NCBI RefSeq assembly: GCF_009914755.1 | Contig: NC_060941.1 | From: the human T2T-CHM13v2.0 reference genome, Homo sapiens | Length of the DNA: 64,000 nt | Strand: one strand, 5' to 3' | Shown here: positions 22,311 to 49,257 of the stretch, in pieces | Numbering within the stretch: position 1 is the first letter of the stretch | How the letters are laid out: the number at the start of each line of letters is the position of its first letter | Notes under the pieces: generated by a model | The model's input: only the letters and a program-made list of their open reading frames with translations | Told to the model about the DNA's origin: nothing | Databases searched by the model: none | Translations under genes and position numbers: made by a program

Positions 22311-22871
22311 ATATGTAGATACATATATCTATATATATGTAGATGTATGTAGATATATACCTATATCTACATACATATAAATATATATCTACATATATAG
22401 ATACATATAGATATCTACATACATCTACATACATGTAGATGTATGTAGATATATACCTATATATCTACATACATGTAAATATATATCTACATATATGGAT
22501 ACATATAGATATGTAGACATAGATACATATAGATATATATCTACATGAGATTGAGTCTAGCTTTATTGCCCAGGCTGGAGTGCAGTGGTGTGATGTCGGC
22601 TCATTTTTGTATTTTTAGTAGAGATGGGGTTTCACCATTTTGGTCACACTGGTCTTGAGCTCCTGACCTCAAGTGATCTGCCCTCCTCAGCCTCTCAAAG
22701 TGCTGGGATTATAGGCGTACCTGGCCTTACATGAGACTTTGAATGTATGTAGATATATATCTAGATATATATATAGTATAAATATCTGTATATATCTAGA
22801 TATATATACAGAAGATATATATCTAGATATATATGTATAAATATCTGTATATATCTAGATATATATACAGA
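22291..22871. repeat. AT-rich palindromic tandem repeats (~96-bp x2 at 22341-22530; ~60-bp x2 at 22751-22871) surrounding a tail-less, deleted Alu (22546-22727, -)
   Basis: Direct reading. Confidence 0.88.
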
Positions 22872-22985
22872 AAAGCTTAGTTAATGTCTCTGTAGCACCT
22901 TTACTATAGAGCAGTTCTATCACCTTTGGGTGTGAGGGTGGTCTTTTGTGATAATGAGATTTTTAAATTGTCTGGAGCAGTTGTC

Positions 22986-24292
<1,307 letters not shown>

Positions 24293-24721
24293 TAGATTGA
24301 GTTTAGTATACTTGTGATAGGAATGCTGTATAAGTGCACGTCTCCTCCTCAGCACATCTCATCAGGAGGTGCACCATCAATTTGTTCCATTATTGATATA
24401 GATCACTTGGTAAAGGTGACATGTGCTAGAATCATCCCTGTAAAGGTATCTTTCACCTTTGAAAGTAGTATTTATCTGTAAGGTGATTCTTTGAGAATAT
24501 CCTATTGCCCAACAACCTTTCACCCAGTAGTTTTAGGATCTGTTGATGGTTCTTGCTTGAATCAGTTACACCTCTGATTGCAAATGGTGACTTCTCTATT
24601 TCTATCATTTCTTTGTTAATTATCTGGCATTTGAAGACATCTCCCTTTCTTCCTCTCTCCCTTTGGAGTCTTACTGAAGAGTGGCCTCGAGTTCTTTTAT
24701 TATTCATTGTGAAAAACAAGA

Positions 24722-26932
<2,211 letters not shown>

Positions 26933-28366
26933 AGCACTCTATAAAAGCTAGCTGCTGATTTTTATATTATTACTGACACAGAAGATAGGGATTGGGGGCA
27001 AATGGAATGTACTGGAAGAGCATAACCTTGTTCAGTAATAACGTTAATGCTAGATTGGGACACTATTCCACATGAAAAGGTGAATCCTTGTTACATTTGA
27101 CAACTAAGTTTCATAATTTTTAAAAGATTTCAATGCATCACAGGTTATTTCTTCTTGATGTGCCATTCATGGTTTATATATATGTAACAGTAGATTAAAT
27201 AATTAGATTTTATTAGTTCTGGAGTATTAACTTCGGCTGGAAATGAACTTCCCCCTTCTCTATACCAATACCGAGTGAGGCCACTTTCTCTCAGATACCA
27301 ATCAGAAATAAGGGGACAATGTTACATTTTTTCCTTCTAGAAACACACATTATATAGAGAGTTGCCTTTTGAGGTCTAGAAGTCTGAAAACACTGTAAAT
27401 TCTTTTTTTTTTTTGAATTAGTACAATAAATGTAGGGGTCAACTCTAAAAAATCGACAGTGGTTTCTGGGATTTGATCTTGGCATGACTTTACCCCTGCA
27501 TCTCTGCCCTCGGCAGGTAGTTTTGTTTATGGGTGTCATTGGTTGAACAAATATTTTTTTAGTTGCTACAATAACTAAAACATGATCTGTCCTCTAAAGG
27601 AGTCAACAAATGAGCCAGGGGGCATGAGTAATTGCCTGTAATATAATTGTGCTCACGCTGTCATGGAGGACCGTACAAAGTGTCAGAAGCACAGCACCTG
27701 GAGGCACAGCAAAGGGTAGTAGAGGTGACATTTGAGCCCGGCCTTGAAAACTGTCTAGGGTTTCTCAGAATTTCAGCAAAGTAAGGCAATTTCTGTCTAA
27801 AATATGTAGGCAAACTTTTTTTTAAAATTAAAAATATGAGAAATTAATTAACAGATTATGACTACAGTGCGTATTTAAAAACCAAGGCATGATGAGTGCT
27901 GTTGACCAGTTCATCCGAACAGTTCAGAGAAGAGAACATCCATGTAGATCCCTTTTGTGTTACAGAATACAAAGGAGCAGAAAATTTTGTCTCAATAACT
28001 GCCAGGTCATTCTAATTAGAATACCTATACATTGTAACATAATTACTCCGTCGAGGTAATAAGCTATCAGGTGGTCCAGAGTTTGCCATTCAGTCAGGAA
28101 ATTCACTCCCTTAACCTAGACTGTGCTGGAAATTCATTGACAAATTTTGTTCTTTGATTCTCCATTTTTCTTCAGAATTCATGCAGACCACTTGACTTCC
28201 TTAGCAGTTTCTTTTGTGGGCGTACATTAATGTCTTTGGTTAAGCTTCAGCTTCCCTTTGCATCAATCCTGTTGTAATCGTGCCTCCTGAGGCATCTTTT
28301 TGCTTCCCTTGCATGAGTTTCCAAAACCCTTTCTGCTTGGTAAGGGGAGTATCCATTTTCTTTAAA

Positions 28367-29897
<1,531 letters not shown>

Positions 29898-30085
29898 CTG
29901 TGTTTTTGTTTTTAAGATTGATCCATGTTGATATGCATAGCCCTAAATTACTCAAAATTGATCTACAGAATTCTATCCAATGAATAAGCCACAATTTGAC
30001 TGTTTTCCTGTTGATGGACATTTTGGTTGTTTTCAGCTTGGTTGATTGTTTCTTTGCTTTTATAAACATATTAAATGCTCTGCAT

Positions 30086-30681
30086 TGTTCTGTGTGGGAA
30101 ACATGCTAGGGGAGAAGAAAAGACACACACACAATACCTTTAAGGGTAAACAAGCTTTATCCCATGTAAATGGCAATGCAGATATAATAAACAAATGATA
30201 TAATAAGCAAATTGATACAATAAGCAAATTGTAATGGAAAGAGGAGAAGGGAAAAGAGGTATATATATTTACACTCACCAGACTATGGAGGATTCATCAC
30301 CAGACTGGGAAGCAACAGCCTGGGCTCCAGAGTCGGCCACTTATCTGTGCACAGACAAGGAGAGGTCTCATGAAGCTTCGGCAGAGTCTGGGACCCTAGC
30401 TCTTTTTGTAACGAGTTGTTTGGCATGAGGTCCAGTCACAAGGGGCCTTCGTGACTGGGCTCAAGGAACACAAAAAGGTCAACTTGTTTTTGCGATTTTC
30501 TGCTTTTTTTTTTTTTTTTTTAATAACCACCATATAGGAATAGACTGAAATAGAGATTTCTCTGAAACAGTGCTGGATGAACGCCTCAAGGGGCTCACAC
30601 AACCTTTTCCAAGACTTGGTGACCATTGTTTGTGTGCACGTTCAATTGAGTTCAGATTTAATATTTAACTTTTCCTCCACA
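30086..30681 (-). mobile_element. Solo ERV LTR, ~596 bp (ERVK-type, probably LTR14C/HERVK14C)
   Basis: TG...CA termini; 5-bp TSD TGCAT (30081-30085)/TGCGT (30682-30686); - strand starts TGTGGAGGAAAAGTTAAATATTAAAT. Subfamily recognised from memory only. Confidence 0.8.
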
Positions 30682-32083
30682 TGCGTATGCATAAGGATAG
30701 TTTCTCTAGAGAAGTGTTTTTCTAATTGTGAGCTGCAAGCAGCATGTTTTAAAAGTAGAAAGAGAATAGAATAGAAAATGTTGGTAGGAGAGAAGATATT
30801 AGTATAAGGCATGTAGTGAGAATAGTGTTTTATAGAGCTTTTGTTTTCAGGGGTATGTGTACTGGATAAGATGTAAAATATATTTCTTACTTTGGTTGTG
30901 GGCAAACAGGTGTGCAGGCTGTTCAGTTATAAGCAGAACCTTAAACTTGACAATCCTGAATTTCTCTCTGAAGTTGTGATACCAGTTTACAGTCCCAGTG
31001 GTGGTATACTGGTGTTTCCATTGTTTTGCATCCTTCCCAACAGTTTGTTTGGTTAAACTGTTAAATTTTTTTCCATTGAGGAGTCTGAGAACAGTTATCT
31101 CATTGTGGTTTTACTTTGCCTTTCCTTGCTAACTAGTGAGATTGGGGTCCTTTTTTTTTTTTAATGCAGGAAAATTAATATAATTCACCTGGTAGAGAGA
31201 TACCAGATTAGTGTTGAAATTGATAATGAGTGTAATGCTCAGTGGCATATTCTAAATACACTTCTGTGAAGAAGTGAAATGACTTGACTTGCTAATACTA
31301 ATGATTGACAGTTGAGGGGCTTAAGTGGTTTAATTTAATGTCGTTCTCTCTTTAAACACTGTAGTCTATGTTCAATTCTATAAACTTGAATCTTTGAATT
31401 TAGTATAATGACGTTGTATTTATACAAGACTATGAGTAGTCATTAGTGGCAGCATCATTTTATTGATTTGAGTATTAATATTTTTATATTTTTATAGATA
31501 CCTGTCCAATTTTTTCTTTTAAAATTTTATAACGAAAATACATGTATGAATTATTTTTTAAAGTATAAAAAAGTAAAAAGAAATTAGTCTTCTTTTCCTG
31601 TCCCCCGACTCTCCCCAGAAGCAAGTACTATAAAAAGATTCTTATATGACCTCTTAGATATATATATACCTTATCACTATCCCCTTGCCCTCCTTTTTAT
31701 TTTTAGTTTATTTATTCAAATGACATTCTATTCATTGTTCTGTAGCTGTTCATTCCTTCTGCTTAACACTGTATCTTAAAGATTGTTTCATTTTAACACA
31801 TAGGAATTTTACCACTACTGAATTTGATTCCATTCTGTAGATGCATCATAATTCATTTGACTATTTATGTATATTTAGATTAAAAAGAAAACCCACATAA
31901 AAATTTCAGCTTTTGTAAACTATATTGAATTAAATATTTTGTACTTAAATGAATGTGTGACTACAGGATAAGTTCCAGGAGGTGGAATTACAGGGTCAAA
32001 GGGACATACATTCAGATAGATGTTTGCCAAATTACCTTCTAAAAATCCAACCAATTTATACTCTCCCAAAAATAGATCAGAAT

Positions 32084-32350
32084 GGGCCGGGTGCGGTGGC
32101 TCACGCCTGTAATCCTGGCACTTTGGCAGGCCGAGGTGGGTGGACCACCTGAGGTCAGGAGTTCGAGACCAGCCTAGCCAATATGGTGAAACCCCATCTC
32201 TACTAAAAAATACAAAAATTAGCTGGGGTGGTGGCGCCTGCCTGTAGTCCCAGCTACTCAGGAGGCTGAGGCAGGAGACTCACTTGAACTTGAGAGGCGG
32301 AGGTCGCAGTGAGCCGAGGTCACGCCACCATACTCCAGCCTAGGCGACGG
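32084..32350 (+). mobile_element. AluS, 3'-truncated (no poly-A tail)
   Basis: Alu consensus ends at CCAGCCTAGGCGAC. Confidence 0.88.
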
Positions 32351-33170
32351 CTGTAGGTGATTAAATGAGATAGATACGTTTGTTAAAAACAAAACTCTCA
32401 GTTATTTATATTGATACATTTATATACTTACATATGTATATCTGGACATCACATCTCATAATTGGAGAACAGGTATCTAAAAAGTTGTTTAACTGACTGT
32501 TAAGAAATGTAGTCTGTTGTCTGTTTCCTAGGTAAGCCACTTTTCTTTTCCCCCAGCATTGGAATTCTTCTCTTTTCTCCTCCTCTGCACTTCCTTCCTT
32601 TCTGTCTTCACCTTGAGCCCATGCTTCGCTGTGGAACTCCACTTAGGAGGTACTTCTGACAAAAAAAGAGGTCTGCACTGGGAACTTCGTGTCTGGTTGT
32701 TGACAGGCATTTCTGTATTGCAGCTGACAGTGTGAGATCTATTGCCCCTACTTTGTGCTGTGTATCTTATGTGTAAATGTTTTTTCTCATTTATATTCTT
32801 GTCAAATCATTCACAAATGCAGTTATTTATTATTATTATTATTATTATTTCCTTAGAGATCCTTGTTCTGACACTGTTATTTTTTAATCATGATTACCTG
32901 TGAGCCTGTTAATCTCTCTAGGTAATTGAGAACTGATTATAATTTATAATTTTTTTACTTCTGGTTTATAATCTAATGGGAAAACTTTGCATTTAGATTT
33001 TCTATAGATTTAAAAATTAGAGCTGAATCATTGCTTCTTCGTATTATTTTAACTTGACAATTATTAAAGAAATGTACTTATGTATTTTAGGGGGGTATAT
33101 GTTCAAATAGGAAATTTGTAGAAATGATGTAATGTATTGATTTGTAATGATGTCACGTCTTTATCTACAG

Positions 33171-33993
33171 GTAGGCGAAAACCAAGAGTACATCGGCCTC
33201 GTTCTCCTATATTGGAAGAAAAAGACATCCCGCCCCTTGAATTTCCCAAGTCCTCTGAGGATTTAATGGTGCCTAATGAGCATATAATGAATGTCATTGC
33301 CATTTACGAGGTACTGCGGAACTTTGGCACTGTTTTGAGATTATCTCCTTTTCGCTTTGAGGACTTTTGTGCAGCTCTGGTGAGCCAAGAGCAGTGCACA
33401 CTCATGGCAGAGATGCATGTTGTGCTTTTGAAAGCAGTTCTGCGTGAAGAAGACACTTCCAATACTACCTTTGGACCTGCTGATCTGAAAGATAGCGTTA
33501 ATTCCACACTGTATTTCATAGATGGGATGACGTGGCCAGAGGTGCTGCGGGTGTACTGTGAGAGTGATAAGGAGTACCATCACGTTCTTCCTTACCAAGA
33601 GGCAGAGGACTACCCATATGGACCAGTAGAGAACAAGATCAAAGTTCTACAGTTTCTAGTCGATCAGTTTCTTACAACAAATATTGCTCGAGAGGAATTG
33701 ATGTCTGAAGGGGTGATACAGTATGATGACCATTGTAGGGTTTGTCACAAACTTGGGGATTTGCTTTGCTGTGAGACATGTTCAGCAGTATACCATTTGG
33801 AATGTGTGAAGCCACCTCTTGAGGAGGTGCCAGAGGACGAGTGGCAGTGTGAAGTCTGTGTAGCACACAAGGTGCCTGGTGTGACTGACTGTGTTGCTGA
33901 AATCCAAAAAAATAAACCATATATTCGACATGAACCTATTGGATATGATAGAAGTCGGAGGAAATACTGGTTCTTGAACCGAAGACTCATAAT
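33171..33993 (+). CDS. BPTF: BPTF coding exon 2 (823 nt): DDT domain, WHIM1, PHD finger 1, start of WHIM2/3 (WSD) region
   Basis: Acceptor TTTATCTACAG at 33170, donor AAT|GTAAGT at 33994. Open frame GRRKPRVHRPRSP...; C4HC3 PHD CRVCHKLGDLLCCETCSAVYHLECVKPPLEEVPEDEWQCEVC; PIGYDRSRRKYWF. Confidence 0.98.
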
Positions 33994-34248
33994 GTAAGTA
34001 AATCTGGTCTTAATTTTTTGTATGCATTTAAAATTAGACTAGTTTCCTTCGTGATTGATGTAGCAGAGCTATGCTGTTGATGTGGTATAAACCTTTGTAA
34101 CTTAATAGTTATACAGTTAAATAATTTCTTAATTGAAGGAATATGTGCATTAAAATAGCTTTTAAGAAGGTAAAGGAAACATATATGAAAGAAGCAAAAT
34201 TCCATTGTTTTTTGATGCCTAGGCTAGGAAATAGAATGTTTCTAGTTG

Positions 34249-38676
<4,428 letters not shown>

Positions 38677-39959
38677 TTGCAGGCACTATTTTTGTCTGCA
38701 TCTTATAGATAAAGAGACTAAATCTCAAAGAGGTTAAATAATTTGCCCTTGATTTGCCCAAGACCCTGTGGCTCTTAGGAGGTAGAACCTGGAATTTTTT
38801 TTAGAATGTGTTTTATAAGAATATTTTCAATACCTTATTTTATACTGTAGTCTAGTTTTCAAACCTTCTTGAGAAATCTGCAACTTGCATCGTTTTAGCT
38901 GTTAAAACCAATGCTTATAACTTGGGGAGAAAGATACTATAATGGTTTCTGTTATATCTGCAGTGAGTATTTATGAAATCTTTAAAGATTTGAAATAAAG
39001 GCGTTTTTAGAAAATCTAAACTAAGTGGCAATTTCAGAAAAGTTCTGTTTCCTAATATATCAGTATCAGTCTACGAAACAGCATTCAGGGAAGCAAAATA
39101 TATACTATTCGATAATTACATAAATGCAGACCTTTGAAATCACGTGACTCAGATGACTTTTTAAGTACCTGTGGGTGATTTTTTGATACATTGTCGAGGA
39201 AATCAAATATTTTATTTTTCTTAGTGGAACAGTAAAATACTTATGTTTGTCAATAAAACTGTTCATTTAAGTTTATTTGCTTTAAAAGCTATGGTCGTCA
39301 TTCAAATTGCCTTTTTTGATGCATAATAAACTGCACAGATTTTAAAGATGATTTCAGGCAAATAGGATTATCTTTTTCCATGCTGTGATATTTTGAGTAT
39401 TTTTCTATGTAAAATCAAGTAGGAAACTTTAAACATAGTGATATGTGTCAACAATTTTGACAAATCTGAAAGATTTTACATCTTTTATGAAAATGAGATT
39501 AAAATAATTTCAGTTTAACTGTACTTTTGTGGTAGATTATATGTGGACTCCTCATGATAGTTTTAAAGCCATGTAGAATTTTCACGCAGTTTATAGTATG
39601 CAGAGGTTTTAATTGTAATGTTACCAATTTATAGAAATTAAGTTTTCTGTTATTGCTTTTATTTAATAAGTGCTTAAAAATATGTTATTTGTATAGATTA
39701 GTGAAGCTTATAATAAAAAAAGCTTCTTATACATGAATTTATAGTCCATCTGAGAAGCCAAGACATATTCAGCATATAACTCAGAGGCCAGTTTTCATTC
39801 ATTATGTAAGTGGGCCAATCTTTCTTAACTATTGCTTTTATCCTGTCAATCCTTTGCTCTGAAATTAGGACCTACTAAAATAGAAATTACCAGATTAGAT
39901 TAGCATGTTTTTCTGTCACTCTCCATTCTAAATATAATTACGTGAACACAGCATTATAT

Positions 39960-41815
<1,856 letters not shown>

Positions 41816-41864
41816 GACCAAGAGCTTAGGACCTAGCTTTTGTCTTTAATTGCTGAATTGCTAG

Positions 41865-43020
<1,156 letters not shown>

Positions 43021-43475
43021 CTAGTGTTCTTTACTCTTCATTTCTATGGGTTTGTTTAGAAACGAAAGTTGAAACTTACTGTGAGTCATTAACCTTCTAC
43101 TTAGCTAGCCTAGGTAAAAGTCAAAGAAGCTTTAAAATGTAGACATATAATATGTATGTTTGCTCTTAATTATATTTTTAGCAAACCTTTTCTTGCCAGT
43201 CTGTCTTCTCTTTGCCACCCTATGAGTCCTTGAGAATGTGTGCCCAGTGGTAACTTCAGGGAAGCCTGGCCAGTTTGGGTGAGCCTGAGGAACATGGTAG
43301 GCCTTGTAAGAACCAGAGCTTCTACAGAACCACATTATAACTCCAAAACCAAATATACATACATAATGTATATTTATGTGGAAAGCTGTTGTCACTTTTA
43401 CAATGAGGACAAATAATTTTGATTATATAAACTGTATATAGGCCAAGTAACTAAGTATAAAAAAACAACTTTTCA

Positions 43476-45360
<1,885 letters not shown>

Positions 45361-45694
45361 TTTATTTTATTCTAAAATAATTCTAAATACATTCTTCTCA
45401 TCATATTGTTACATTGATGATCTTAAAGTTGGTTGAGATGTAGCTGAAACTGGCTTCCACAAAGTACTCTCACGTGGTTCTGAATTTTGAGGTCATTTTT
45501 CTTTGTGTCATGTTTTTTAGATATCATTTCTCAGAGTAAATCAAGTTTGAGTGAGACCTGCAGGGTTTTCTTGTGAGCGCCTATATTGAGTTTTAGTGCA
45601 TAAGCTTTGTTTTAAGTTTTCACTGGGTAGATGAACTGTCAGATAAGTGGCATTATGTCTAACATATAAAGTATTTCCCCCCATTTTTAAACAG

Positions 45695-45918
45695 AGAAGA
45701 AGATACAGAAAATGAAAATGAAAAGAAAATTTGGTATTACAGCACAAAGGTCCAACTTGCAGAATTAATTGACTGTCTAGACAAAGATTATTGGGAAGCA
45801 GAACTCTGCAAAATTCTAGAAGAAATGCGTGAAGAAATCCACCGACACATGGACATAACTGAAGACCTGACCAATAAGGCTCGGGGCAGTAACAAATCCT
45901 TTCTGGCGGCAGCTAATG
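45695..45918 (+). CDS. BPTF: BPTF coding exon 3 (224 nt): (I)EEDTENENEKKIWYYSTKVQLAELIDCLDKDYWEAELCKILEEMREEIHRHMDITEDLTNKARGSNKSFLAAAN
   Basis: Acceptor ATTTTTAAACAG at 45694, donor ATG|GTGAGA at 45919. Phase 2 in and phase 1 out match the neighbours; no stops. Absent from the ORF track. Confidence 0.96.
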
Positions 45919-46016
45919 GTGAGAGGGGCATTTTCTCATTTTATTTTTGTTAAGTCTGAGCTAAACCGTTGGTATGAAATCACTGCAAAATTTGAAAATA
46001 GATTAAAATTTTCAAG

Positions 46017-46336
46017 TACAGTCGTGCATTGCTTAATGATGGGGATACATTCTGAAAAATGTGTCATTTGACAATGTCATCATTGTATGAACATCATAGA
46101 GTACACTTACACAAACCATACACCTAGGTTATACGGCATAGCCTGTTGCTGCTAGGCTGCAAACCTGTACGTCATGTGACTGTACTGAATCCCATAAGCA
46201 GTTGTAGCACAATGGCAGGTATTTGTGTATCTAACTATATCTAAACATTTAAAAAGGTAATACGTATAATCTTATGTGATCACCATCACGTATGTGGTTC
46301 CTGGTGGACCGAAACATTGTGCAGTGCATGACTGTG
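46017..46336. mobile_element. Tigger3/MER7-like Tc1-mariner MITE
   Basis: Terminal inverted repeats TACAGTCGTGCATTGC ... GCAGTGCATGACTGTG; internal GGGGATACATTCTGAAAAATG. Confidence 0.82.
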
Positions 46337-46574
46337 TGTATATTTTACTTTAGTTCTCCATATTTCATTTTCCCAAGAGAACCTTGTTCATTCCACTGTA
46401 AATTAGGGATGCTATACATTTTAGTGTTTTATTTCTGCCTTGGGTCATTACTGATATTCCCCAACATGTTAGTTTGTTTCTTTAATTCAAGTATCTTATT
46501 AAACTTTTTTGGCATTCCAGTTTTTAATTTTAAGAAATAATATTCTTTTTGAACTTTTTGCCTTTTTAAAAAAA

Positions 46575-47808
46575 TAAAACTTTAAATTTTAGAGTATTTT
46601 TAGATTTATACAAAAGTTGCAAAGATAGTAGAGGGTTTCCATATATCCTGCACTTGGTTGCCCCTGTTATTAAAGTCTTAGATTAGTGTGAAATATTTGT
46701 TACAACTAATGGACCAGTATTGATACACTGTTACTAACTCAAGTCCATACTTCATTCCAATTTCCTTAGTTTTTACCTGATGTCCTTTTTCTGCCTCATG
46801 ATCCTGTACCACTTGATATTTAGTCATCATGTTTTCCTCTGGGTTGTCGGTTTCTCAGACTTTCCTTGTTTTTGATGGCCTTGACAGTTGGGAGGAGTAG
46901 TGGTTAGGTATTTTGTAGAAAGCCCTCATTATGGGTTTTTCTCATGGTTAGCCTAGGTTTATGCATTTTGGGGAGGAAGACCACAGAAGTGAAGTGCAAT
47001 TCTCATCTTCTTATCAAGAGTGCATGGTGTCCTCGTGACTTACCACTGATGATGTTAACCTTGGTCCCTGGGTGAGGCAGTGTTCGTCAGGTTTCTCCAC
47101 ATCCTCCCCCAACCCCTCAAACCCCCAATACTGTACTTTCTGGAAGCAAGTCACTATAAACAGCCACACTTAGCGGGTGAGGAGTTATGTTCTACCTTCT
47201 TGAAGGGGCAATATCTACATAAATTATTTGGAATTTTTCTGCACAGGAGATGTGTTTATTTTTTCAGGCATTTATTTCTATGAGTATACATTCATGGATA
47301 TTTTATACTTACTGGGTTATAATATAATTGGATATTTATTAGGTTATAATTCAATGTCACCTTATTTATTTTGTTACTCAACTCTTTATTTTTTTAAGTT
47401 ATAAATACATATATATCTCAAAAGTTTAAATAGTATAAAGGGTATGCTGTGAAAAATGAATCTCTCTCCTTCAAAATCTCCAATCTGACCTTCCTTTCTC
47501 CAGAGGCAATCATTATTGCTGTATGTTTTTTTGTCCTGCCAGATGTATTCTGTGCATGTTTAATAAATACCACCTGTGTTTTCTAATGTAGCCATCCCTC
47601 AGTATTCTCAGGGATTGCTTCCAGAGCCCTCTGCAGATAGCAAAATCCATGGATGCCCAAGTCCTGCAGTCAGCCCTGTGGAACCTGCTGATATGAAAAG
47701 TTGGCATTCCATATTCAAGGGTTCTGCATCCTGAGAATACTGTATTTTCAATTTGAGGGTGGTTGAATCCAAGGATGCAGAACCTTTGGCCACAGAGGGC
47801 TGACTATA
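46575..47808. mobile_element. L1MC-type 3' fragment (~46575-47390, -) and MER2-like element (~47588-47808)
   Basis: TTTAGATTTATACAAAAGTTGCAAAGATAGTA; CAAAATCCATGGATGCCCAAGTCC ... GTTGAATCCAAGGATGCAGAACC..GAGGGCTGACTATA. Confidence 0.75.
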
Positions 47809-48932
47809 GTGCCTTTTAAGTTTTAGCTTAGATAAAATTATTAGGTAAGATTCTGAAAGTACACTTTTAAGTGCCTGGTTCTGAGTTCTGCTCTTCTGCA
47901 TACATTATCTGCTATACATATAATCCTATTAATTTTCCCCATTCTCCATTTGCTTAAAAATAGAATGTTTATATTTAATAAAGATACCCGGATAGCTGTA
48001 TCCAACCTTGTTCTCACATATTCTACATCAATATTCCTGTGAATTCATGCGTATTTTTGGAGAATGATAGGCTCTCACATATAAATACTGTTGGGCACAA
48101 ATATACTTTGTCTTCAGAAAAAAGCATTCTTAGTTACCATGAATTATATTTATTCATATCTGGTAGTTGGAAGTATTTCTCTATTAGATCTGTTTAGAAA
48201 AATGTGTAATTTTTTTATTAGAAAAGTTTTAGTGTTCAGAAGTCTTTGGGGGATAAGTAATTGCAGTAACACAATCTCCGTCTTACTCTCCCCCCATATA
48301 GATCAAATCATAGGAAATTTTATTAATTTCAGCCAGCTTACTTCCCCCCTTAATTTCCTTTTATGAATCATGGCATTAAAATAGACAAATCCCTTTTTGC
48401 TCTCCTGTGTTTTAGTACAACAACAGAGAACCATCTTTAGTCCTCTAAAAGGCAATGTGAGATAGGATTTTATAAAGTACATTGAATTAAAATATTTTTC
48501 AGAATAAAAAATAGAAAAAACAAAAAAATATTTTCTGTGTGTTAGATTATGTATACAGTATAATCATAATTAAAGAACAAAGTCAAAACAGGAATGGGTA
48601 ATCAAGTGTTAAGTGTTGTGATTTGGGGGAATGTAAAAACCTAAAAATGTTAATATAGGGGAATTGATAAATTTCATTATGAATTATCATGTGATAGAAC
48701 ACTGCGTATTGGAGAATTAAGTAAAGTACCTTGCAAAAACTGTGTGAGATACTTAAATTCTTCTTCCTCTAAATAACCAACTGGATCAGGTTTTATCATT
48801 AAAAAATAACCAATTAGCATAGTAGAATTGTAGTTGGTTTCCTTCTCATATTTTTTGCATTTCCTACAATGAGCATGTTATATAGTTCAGTATGATTCAG
48901 CATGTAATGTACTTTTAAAAATTAGTTAAACC

Positions 48933-49257
48933 GGCAGGGCACAGTGGCTCACGCCTGTAATCCCAGCATTTTGGGAGGCTGAGGCGGGCGGATCACGAGG
49001 TCAGGAGATCGAGACCATCCTGGCTAACATGGTGAAACCCCGTCTCTACTAAAAATACAAAAAAAAAAAAAAAAAAAAAAAAATTAGCCAGGCGTGGTGG
49101 CAGGCACCTGTAGTCCCAGCTACTCGGCAGCCTGAGGCAAGAGAATGGCGTGAACCCGGGAGGCAGAGCTTGCAGTGAGCCGAGTGAGCCACTGCACTCC
49201 AGCCTGGGCGACACAGAGCGAGACTCCGTCTCAAAAAAAAAAAAAAAAAAAAAAAAA
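48933..49257 (+). mobile_element. AluY with expanded central A tract
   Basis: GATCGAGACCATCCTGGCTAAC, GAATGGCGTGAACCCGGGAGGCAGAGCTTGC; imperfect TSD AAAATTAG(TT/CA)AAACC. Confidence 0.9.

Noticed and set aside
33137-33170. ORF-track start MICNDVTSLST upstream of exon 2, and similar extensions at 53985 and 54772
   Set aside because: Intronic read-in before the true splice acceptors
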